Virus record (IMG/VR): IMGVR_UViG_3300050133_000102
Coordinates: 1-52,571 of that record
Length of the DNA stretch: 52,571 nucleotides
Strand: one strand, 5' to 3'
Origin: a virus
Taxonomy: Duplodnaviria; Caudoviricetes
How positions within the stretch are numbered: the first letter of the stretch is position 1; each line of letters opens with the position of its first letter. The position numbers and the translations under genes were made by a program. Positions 18,775-25,667 of this stretch are shown piece by piece. The notes beneath the pieces were generated by a model. It did not search any database. It saw only the letters and a list, made by a program, of their open reading frames with translations, and was not told where the DNA came from.

Positions 18775-19870
18775 ACACCTCGCACTTCTGGACAAAATAC
18801 GAAACGACTATTTCACATGCCATTCTGTCCTCGTTTGTACTGCTTTGTATCCAGTCAACCAGTTTTTTAAATATCGTTGGTTGAGATAAGTTTTCATTGC
18901 TCAACTTCAGATAGTTTATTTTCACGCTGTTACAGAATGGTCGAAAATGTTGTTTTCCTTCCTGATCCATCTGCTTAAGCCATTGGTCAACTTTACTATA
19001 GTAAGCGGTTACATAACTTTTCACTTTGATAAACAGTGGATTGTAATCGGCCCTGATTTTTTGCCTCACTCTAACCGGGTTATAGTTCAATGGAACCAGT
19101 TCTTCATCAGGAGCAATTAAGATTTTCTCAAGTACTCTTTCAACACCATGCTCGATTTGTTCAGAAGATAGTATTAAGGATTCCACCGCATCCTGCATTA
19201 ACCGCTTTTTTAGTGATTTAAGCCTTGCTTTTGCTTCAGGTAGCTTATTTTGTGTCAGCTTTGCGTAACAGGATGGGCACAGAGCTATTAAGTTATCAAA
19301 AGTCACAGGCTGCGACTCATCGATTCTTAAGACCTCATAACACAATTCGGCCTGGCCATTTATGTCGGACTGCAATGACTGATTACACCAGTCATTGGGG
19401 CAAATACAATTTGTTTCAATAACAAGACTAACGCCAAAAGATCCTTTTAGTCCATCACCAGTATTAATTCTGGTGATGGATTTCTTTTTATCATTAACAG
19501 CCTCAAGCAATATTGACTGAAAGAGCTCTGCTATTTTCTTAGCAACATTGAATGTCGTTATTTCGGGGCAGTAATCCTGAAAGTTACCGCAGATATTGAA
19601 CAACGCTCCTTCTTCAAAAGAATCAATATATGTTTCGAACTTTGTCGTTTCAATGTACTGATTTACTTTTTTCGCCAGCGACCTGATTTTTCGGGTTCCA
19701 TTGAAGTAGCTCTTAAAAGTTGAAACTAATTGCTCGCCAAAAGGATTATCGTCTTCTAATTCTTCAGGGTATTCGATAATTTCGCAGAATAATTCAAGCG
19801 CAAATTTACCGGTAGTCATGCCACCACCGATAATCGGAAAAAGCAAATTTGCAAATTTCTCGAATGTCAT
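18755..19870 (-). CDS. ABC-3C/Lamassu first component (LmuA-like): HTH-like N-terminus + degenerate HNH zinc domain + ABC-3C C-terminal domain
   Basis: C-terminal CEIVVSYFVQKCEVY motif; CPNDWC...NLIALCPSC; first gene of the three-gene module. Confidence 0.75.
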   Translation of the reverse strand: MTFEKFANLLFPIIGGGMTTGKFALELFCEIIEYPEELEDDNPFGEQLVSTFKSYFNGTRKIRSLAKKVNQYIETTKFETYIDSFEEGALFNICGNFQDYCPEITTFNVAKKIAELFQSILLEAVNDKKKSITRINTGDGLKGSFGVSLVIETNCICPNDWCNQSLQSDINGQAELCYEVLRIDESQPVTFDNLIALCPSCYAKLTQNKLPEAKARLKSLKKRLMQDAVESLILSSEQIEHGVERVLEKILIAPDEELVPLNYNPVRVRQKIRADYNPLFIKVKSYVTAYYSKVDQWLKQMDQEGKQHFRPFCNSVKINYLKLSNENLSQPTIFKKLVDWIQSSTNEDRMACEIVVSYFVQKCEVYDVIAE

Positions 19871-20017
19871 CTACGTATCCTCCTCACTTTTTGTACCCAA
19901 CTGTATCCGACTGTGACAGTGCGTAATGCTGTCAAAATTAAAATCTAACTATAATTGTTTTATGTAAGAAGGGCTCGCAATTGGCACTGATAAAAACACC
20001 ACGAGCCACTTTTACAT

Positions 20018-20046
20018 AGTGTACCACGGAATTTCGCAATAATCAA
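20018..20046 (-). promoter_or_regulatory. Sigma-A-type leftward promoter for the defence operon
   Basis: Minus strand TTGATT (20046-20041), 17 bp spacer, TG-n-TACACT (20023-20018). Confidence 0.6.
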
Positions 20047-20099
20047 TATAGTTTTGCGAACGCGAAACAAAATAGTTTCTCACATTCAATGTTTTGCGA

Positions 20100-20320
20100 G
20101 AGCCTGTGAGTGCAAAATCGCCTCGTAGTACATCCGCTGATCACGGATGGCTCAGTGCAACGTGACGAACAACCGAATAATGAACAGCTGACTACTGAAC
20201 AGGAAGCTGCAATCCGAAACGGAGTAATCTGCCAGGACTGCGGTCGGGCTTTTATGCCTGCTTTCCAATCAGCTTCGCAGATTCCTCCGTTTCGAGACAA
20301 CGACAAACGGAGGAAATCAA
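20100..20320 (+). ncRNA. Structured 5' leader / candidate cis-regulatory RNA upstream of the sigma-like gene
   Basis: Three-way junction at 20100-20153; mutually exclusive stems 20215-20232/20277-20294 and 20282-20292/20305-20315 (the latter covers the SD). Confidence 0.5.
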
Positions 20321-20845
20321 ATGAAAAACCAAGCCAATCAAGGACAAGCCAGAGACTACAAAGTCTACCTGCCTCGCCTGAAGAAATGGGTGGAGGTCAC
20401 CAAGGAGCAGTACTACGGCTACTACCGCGACTTATGGGCCACCCGCAAACGCGCTCAGGAGCACGGCCAATGTATGTGTCCCAAAAGCAAACTGTGGCTG
20501 TGCGACGGCGATTGCCTTGCCTGTCAGTATCGTGCCGCTGGCGACACCCCCTCCCTCGACTATACCTACGAGAACGAAAAAGGCGAGGCGTTCTCCATGC
20601 TAGACAAGCTGGAAGATGAATCTGTCAGCATTGAGGAAATTGTCACCGACAAAGCCGTGCTGGAGCAACTGTTTAATCGTCTCGACGAAATTATGCCTGA
20701 AGCCCGCCGCATCGGTGAGCTTCGTCTCGCAGGACTTACCGACACCGAGATAGCAAAAATCATCGGAGTTTCCCGCACCACCTTTCTTTCCCGCCTCAAA
20801 AAAGCCGCCGAATTTTTGAAAGATGAATACAGCGATTTGTTCTAA
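20321..20845 (+). CDS. Phage sigma-70 region 4 / ECF-like regulator
   Basis: C-terminal HTH GLTDTEIAKIIGVSRTTFLSRLKK; Cys cluster CMCP...CDGDCLAC; SLD motif. Confidence 0.8.
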   Translation: MKNQANQGQARDYKVYLPRLKKWVEVTKEQYYGYYRDLWATRKRAQEHGQCMCPKSKLWLCDGDCLACQYRAAGDTPSLDYTYENEKGEAFSMLDKLEDESVSIEEIVTDKAVLEQLFNRLDEIMPEARRIGELRLAGLTDTEIAKIIGVSRTTFLSRLKKAAEFLKDEYSDLF

Positions 20846-20853
20846 TTCCATGC

Positions 20854-20890
20854 CTCCGGTCGGCTTCAAAACCGGCCGGAGAAATTTTTC
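20854..20890 (+). terminator. Hairpin terminator after the sigma-like gene
   Basis: CTCCGGTCGG / CCGGCCGGAG followed by AAATTTTT. Confidence 0.5.
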
Positions 20891-20908
20891 AAAAAACTTT
20901 TAGATTCC

Positions 20909-20947
20909 TTCGTCAAAACGGCCTGCTCACCTCCAGTGGGTAGTGGA
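20909..20947 (+). promoter_or_regulatory. Candidate phage-sigma-dependent promoter, copy 1
   Basis: TTCGTCAAA-N13-CTCCAGTGGGTAGTGGA; same motif and spacing at 25169. Confidence 0.6.
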
Positions 20948-20986
20948 AAGCGACAAAACACAGCTTTCTGAATGGAGGTGAACGGA

Positions 20987-21202
20987 ATGTATAAGACCCA
21001 AGTAAAACCCCAGACCTGCGCTGCGAACGAGGAGCTTATTGATGTCCTCACAGCAATCAGCGTGGTGTCCAAGAGTCTGGCGAGAAAACTTACAATCCTC
21101 GCCGGGCAGCGCCAATCTACGGAAGGAGGAAAATCAGATGAGCAAAATGAGCGATATGGCAATGACCATCGAAAACCTGCGCAAATGCGCTACCACTATT
21201 AA
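20987..21202 (+). CDS. Small conserved phage hypothetical protein
   Basis: GGAGGTG RBS; EELIDVLTAISVVSKSLARKL. Confidence 0.65.
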   Translation: MYKTQVKPQTCAANEELIDVLTAISVVSKSLARKLTILAGQRQSTEGGKSDEQNERYGNDHRKPAQMRYHY

Positions 21203-21455
21203 CGAAGCGGCCAATTGGCTCGCGGAGATGTTCAGCGGCGATGAGTCCGCGCAAGAAGCGAAGCCCACTCCGATCGAACCGGTACTTACGCTGGAAGCGG
21301 TCAGAGCAGTCTTGGCAGAAAAGTCCCGTGCGGGCTATACCGCCCAAATTCGCTCTCTGCTCCAGAAGTACGGTGCCAGTAGGCTGTCGGGTATTGACCC
21401 GGCCAACTACAAGCCCCTGCTTGCAGATGTGGAGGAACTGACTGATGCCACCTAA
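21138..21455 (+). CDS. Conserved phage protein preceding DUF2800
   Basis: AAGGAGG RBS before MSKMSD; LTLEAVRAVLAEKSRAG...LLQKYGA..LS.IDP..Y. Confidence 0.75.
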   Translation: MSKMSDMAMTIENLRKCATTINEAANWLAEMFSGDESAQEAKPTPIEPVLTLEAVRAVLAEKSRAGYTAQIRSLLQKYGASRLSGIDPANYKPLLADVEELTDAT

Positions 21456-22584
21456 AGGACACGCAATCCTCTCCGCATCCTCCTCTGACCGCTGGCTACA
21501 CTGCCCACCGTCTGCTCGGCTAAGTGAAAGCTATGCAGATAAAGGCAGCAACTTTGCAGCCGAAGGCACAGATGCCCACAGCCTCGGCGAGTATAAGCTC
21601 CGCCGGGCGCTGGGTATGGATGAGGAGGACCCGACAGATAACCTTACTTGGTACAACGAGGATATGGAAGATTGTGCCATTGGCTATGCCACCTATGTGC
21701 TTGAACAGGTAGAGGCCGCAAAGCAGACCTGCGCTGACCCGGTAGTCCTGATTGAGCAGCGCGTGGCTTTCTCCCGCTGGGTGGAATCCGGCTTCGGTAC
21801 CGCCGACTGCATCATCATCTCAGATGGTACGCTGAAGATCATCGACTATAAGCATGGACGTGGAATCATGGTTGAGGCCAACGAAAACCCGCAGATGATG
21901 TGCTACGCCCTCGGTTCGCTGGAGCTCTTTGACGACATCTACGACATCAACACCGTAGAAATGACCATCTACCAGCCGCGCAGGGACAATGTCAGCACCT
22001 ACAGCATTTCCAAAGATGACCTGTACCGTTGGGCCGATGAGGTCCTGAAGCCCACGGCTGATCTCGCCTTTGCCGGAGATGGGAACTTCCTCTGCGGCGA
22101 ATGGTGCGGCTTTTGCAAGGCCAAATACGACTGCCGCGCCAGAGCCGAAGCCAATATGAAACTGGCCCGATACGACTTCAAGTTGCCTCCTCTCTTGGAG
22201 GATGATGAAGTCGAAAGTATCCTCGCTCGCGTGGACGACCTTGTGGCATGGGCTTCCGACATCAAGGAATATGCCCTGCAACAGGCTATTAGCGGCAAGG
22301 AGTGGTCCAGCTGGAAGCTGGTCGAAGGCCGCTCCATTCGTAGATACACCAATGAGACGGCGGTTGCCGAGGCTGTCAATACTGCCGGTTTTGACCCATA
22401 TGAACGCAAGGTTCTCGGTGTCACCGCCATGCAGAAGCTGCTCGGCAAATCCCGCTTTGACGAACTCCTTGTGGCCTACATTGAGAAACCGCAAGGCAAA
22501 CCGACGCTCGTGCCGGAGAGCGATAAACGTCCGGCGATGAACACAGCCAAAAATGAATTTATGGAGGAAAACGATTATGAATAA
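21445..22584 (+). CDS. DUF2800 family PD-(D/E)XK (Cas4-like) nuclease
   Basis: HAILSASS..RWLHCPPS, FGTADCII, IIDYKHG, NPQMMCYALG, WCGFCKAK..C. Confidence 0.9.
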   Translation: MPPKGHAILSASSSDRWLHCPPSARLSESYADKGSNFAAEGTDAHSLGEYKLRRALGMDEEDPTDNLTWYNEDMEDCAIGYATYVLEQVEAAKQTCADPVVLIEQRVAFSRWVESGFGTADCIIISDGTLKIIDYKHGRGIMVEANENPQMMCYALGSLELFDDIYDINTVEMTIYQPRRDNVSTYSISKDDLYRWADEVLKPTADLAFAGDGNFLCGEWCGFCKAKYDCRARAEANMKLARYDFKLPPLLEDDEVESILARVDDLVAWASDIKEYALQQAISGKEWSSWKLVEGRSIRRYTNETAVAEAVNTAGFDPYERKVLGVTAMQKLLGKSRFDELLVAYIEKPQGKPTLVPESDKRPAMNTAKNEFMEENDYE

Positions 22585-23152
22585 CAACACAAACAAAGTC
22601 AACAACCCTATGAAGGTTATCACCGGTCCCGACACTCGCTGGAGCTATGCAAATGTCTGGGAGGCCAAGAGCATCAATGGCGGCACTCCGAAGTTCTCGG
22701 TCAGCCTCATCATCCCTAAGTCTGATACCAAGACTGTCGCCAAGGTTAAGGCCGCTATTGATGCCGCCTACCAAGAGGGCGAAGCCAAACTGAAAGGAAA
22801 CGGCAAGTCTGTGCCTCCAATGGCAGCTATCAAAATCCCTCTCAGGGACGGAGATGCGGAAAGACCTGACGATCCCGCCTACACTAACGCCTATTTCATC
22901 AACGCCAACTCCGCTACTGCTCCCGGCATCGTGGATGCAGACCGCAATCCCGTTCTTACCCGTTCCGAGGTGTACAGCGGCGTATATGGCAGAGCCAGCA
23001 TCAGCTTTTACGCCTTCAACAGCAACGGTAACAAGGGCATCGCCTGTGGCCTTAACAACCTGCAGAAGGTGCGCGACGGCGAACCGCTCGGCGGCAGAGT
23101 CAGTGCTGAGTCCGATTTCACAACCGACGAGGACGAGGATTTCCTAGCATAA
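22577..23152 (+). CDS. DUF2815 family single-stranded DNA-binding protein
   Basis: RWSYANVWE, PKFSVSLIIPKSD, PLRDGD, VYSGVYGR, GIACGLNNLQK, acidic tail. Confidence 0.9.
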   Translation: MNNNTNKVNNPMKVITGPDTRWSYANVWEAKSINGGTPKFSVSLIIPKSDTKTVAKVKAAIDAAYQEGEAKLKGNGKSVPPMAAIKIPLRDGDAERPDDPAYTNAYFINANSATAPGIVDADRNPVLTRSEVYSGVYGRASISFYAFNSNGNKGIACGLNNLQKVRDGEPLGGRVSAESDFTTDEDEDFLA

Positions 23153-23221
23153 ACACCAGATGCCCGAAGGGTGGCGGAGCAATCTGCCACCCTATTCGGA
23201 CTTTGAAAGGATGGTTGAACT

Positions 23222-25162
23222 ATGAAATCACTCAGCATGGACGCTGAGACCTACAGCAGCGTCAACCTTGCCAAGGCTGGGGTCTATCGGTATACCGAGG
23301 CTCCGGATTTTGAAATAATGCTTTTAGGTTACAGCGTAGACGGCGGTCCGGTACAGGTCGTTGACCTTGCCTGTGGCGAGAAAATCCCCGACGAAATAAT
23401 CAACGCCATAGCAGACGCGTCCGTAACGAAGTGGGCCTTTAACGCAAACTTTGAACGTGTCTGCCTGTCCCATCACCTCGACTATCCCACCGGAGAATAT
23501 CTCGACCCTGCAGCATGGAAATGCTCAATGATCTGGGCTGCGACGATGGGGCTACCACTGTCGCTGGAAGGCGTAGGCACCGTGCTTGGCCTCGACAAGC
23601 AGAAATTGACCGAGGGCAAGGAGCTCATCAAGTATTTCTGTACGCCTTGCAAGCCCACCGCCGCAAACGGGCAGCGTGTCCGCAATTATCCGTATCAGGC
23701 GCTGGACAAGTGGTCGAGCTTCAAAAAATATAACCTCCGCGACGTCGAAGCGGAAATGTCCATTCAGGCAAAGCTCGCCAAGTTTCCCGTGCCGGATAGC
23801 GTATGGGACGAATACCACCTCGACCAAAAAATAAACGACCGGGGCGTGGCACTGGATATGACGCTCGTCAGAGAAGCCGTCGCAATGGATACCCGCTCAC
23901 GCATAGAACTGACGCATCTGATGCAGACGCTTACCGAACTGGACAATCCGAACTCTGTTGTACAGATGAAGCATTGGCTGGCCGACAACGGTCTGGAAAC
24001 TGATACGCTCGGGAAAAAGGCAGTTGCAGAAATGCTGAAAACTGCTCCTCCGGAATTGCAGGATGTTCTTTTGCTCCGGCAGCAGCTTGCCAAATCGTCC
24101 ATAAGAAAGTATCAGGCGATGGAAAAGGCAGTCTGCTCCGATGGCCGCGCCCGTGGAATGTTCCAATTCTATGGTGCCAATAGAACAGGCCGCTGGGCTG
24201 GCAGACTGATTCAAATGCAAAATCTGCCGCAAAACCATCTGCCGGACTTGGAACAGGCTCGTGGGCTTGTACGCTGTGGTGATTTCGACGGGCTTGAAAT
24301 GCTCTATGAAGATATCCCCGACACACTCTCACAGCTTATTCGCACGGCTTTCGTGCCGATGCCCGGACACAAATTTATCGTGGCAGATTTCTCTGCAATT
24401 GAAGCCCGCGTCATCGCATGGTTTGCCGGAGAGACATGGCGGCAGGAGGTTTTTGAAAGCGGCGGCGATATTTACTGCGCGTCCGCTTCACAGATGTTCC
24501 GCGTCCCTGTCGAGAAGCACGGCGTAAACGGTCACCTGCGGCAAAAAGGCAAAATTGCTGAATTGGCACTCGGCTACGGCGGCTCCGTGGGTGCGCTAAA
24601 AGCAATGGGTGCTCTTGATATGGGCCTCAACGAAGATGAGCTACCGCCACTGGTCGATGCATGGCGGCAATCAAATCCGCGCATCGTTCAGTTCTGGTGG
24701 GACGTTGACCGCGCCGCTATGGAAGCAGTAAGAAACAAGCACACCAACGAGACGCATGGTATTACTTTTTCCTGCCGGAGCGGGATGCTGTTTATCACGC
24801 TTCCTTCCAGCAGGCAGCTTGCCTATGTAAAGCCGCGTATCGGAGAAAACAAGTTCGGCGGTCAGTGCATTACTTACGAGGGTGTCAGCGGCACGAAGAA
24901 ATGGGAGCGACTGGACAGCTATGGTCCTAAATTTGTGGAGAACATCGTGCAGGCTACGGCTCGCGACATTCTCTGCCATGCCATGCAGACGCTCCGCTGT
25001 TGTTCCATCGTGATGCATATCCACGATGAGCTCGTCATTGAAGCGGACCCGCGTGTATCTCTGAAAGCGGTCTGCGAGCAAATGGGCCGGACACCGCCGT
25101 GGGCGCAGGGACTGAAACTCCACGCTGATGGCTACGAATGCGATTTTTATAAAAAAGATTAA
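23222..25162 (+). CDS. Phage DNA polymerase, family A
   Basis: DAETYS and AFNANFER (exonuclease), RTGRWAG, ADFSAIEARV (motif A), RQKGKIAELALGY (motif B), HIHDE (motif C). Confidence 0.95.
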   Translation: MKSLSMDAETYSSVNLAKAGVYRYTEAPDFEIMLLGYSVDGGPVQVVDLACGEKIPDEIINAIADASVTKWAFNANFERVCLSHHLDYPTGEYLDPAAWKCSMIWAATMGLPLSLEGVGTVLGLDKQKLTEGKELIKYFCTPCKPTAANGQRVRNYPYQALDKWSSFKKYNLRDVEAEMSIQAKLAKFPVPDSVWDEYHLDQKINDRGVALDMTLVREAVAMDTRSRIELTHLMQTLTELDNPNSVVQMKHWLADNGLETDTLGKKAVAEMLKTAPPELQDVLLLRQQLAKSSIRKYQAMEKAVCSDGRARGMFQFYGANRTGRWAGRLIQMQNLPQNHLPDLEQARGLVRCGDFDGLEMLYEDIPDTLSQLIRTAFVPMPGHKFIVADFSAIEARVIAWFAGETWRQEVFESGGDIYCASASQMFRVPVEKHGVNGHLRQKGKIAELALGYGGSVGALKAMGALDMGLNEDELPPLVDAWRQSNPRIVQFWWDVDRAAMEAVRNKHTNETHGITFSCRSGMLFITLPSSRQLAYVKPRIGENKFGGQCITYEGVSGTKKWERLDSYGPKFVENIVQATARDILCHAMQTLRCCSIVMHIHDELVIEADPRVSLKAVCEQMGRTPPWAQGLKLHADGYECDFYKKD

Positions 25163-25168
25163 GAGATT

Positions 25169-25207
25169 TTCGTCAAAGACGCGGCTTTATCTCCAGTGGA
25201 TAGTAGA
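25169..25207 (+). promoter_or_regulatory. Candidate phage-sigma-dependent promoter, copy 2
   Basis: TTCGTCAAA-N13-CTCCAGTGGATAGTAGA. Confidence 0.6.
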
Positions 25208-25241
25208 TGGACTTAAAGCTCGTCGAGAATGGAGGTAAGAC

Positions 25242-25667
25242 ATGAGTATAAATAAATTCAATGCCGAGGGATATTACGACCCGACCGCCTATGAAGCGCT
25301 GTCCGTTATTGAGAAAGAAGAACGAGCGCTGCGGGCTTTTCGACCAATCGTATATATCTGCTCGCCTTATGCCGGAGACACGGACAGCAATATAACGGCA
25401 GCACAGAAATACAGCCGTCACGCGGTCTACAATGGATATATCCCGATTGCACCGCATCTGCTATTTCCGCAATTCCTAAACGACGCCAGTTCCACCGAGC
25501 GCCAGCTTGGGCTGTTCTTCGGAAATGCCCTGATGAGCAAGTGCTCTGAGGTATGGGTGTTCGGCAAAACCATCTCGGCCGGTATGGAGGCTGAAATCAA
25601 AAGAGCCAAGTGGAAGAATTACCGCTTGCGTTACTTTAGTGAAAACTGCGAGGAGGTGCATGACTGA
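25242..25667 (+). CDS. DUF4406-like / nucleoside deoxyribosyltransferase-fold phage protein
   Basis: VYICSPYAGD, PIAPHLLFPQF, CSEVWVFG..IS.GM..EI. Confidence 0.75.
   Translation: MSINKFNAEGYYDPTAYEALSVIEKEERALRAFRPIVYICSPYAGDTDSNITAAQKYSRHAVYNGYIPIAPHLLFPQFLNDASSTERQLGLFFGNALMSKCSEVWVFGKTISAGMEAEIKRAKWKNYRLRYFSENCEEVHD

Larger units (their letters stand above)
1589..19870 (-). other. Anti-phage defence cluster (Lamassu/ABC-3C + BREX type 4-like), probable prophage cargo
   Basis: 12 co-oriented genes with overlaps or gaps of at most 46 bp, divergent from the phage early genes. Confidence 0.8.

Noticed and set aside
20110-20619. 169-aa ORF overlapping the sigma-like gene
   Set aside because: No convincing RBS, out-of-frame overlap with a well-supported gene, and the 5' part is better explained as a structured leader. 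A regulatory leader-translation role cannot be fully excluded.
21445-22584. Cas4 gene implying a CRISPR locus
   Set aside because: It is the DUF2800 phage nuclease in its normal replication context; no repeat-spacer array or other cas genes seen.
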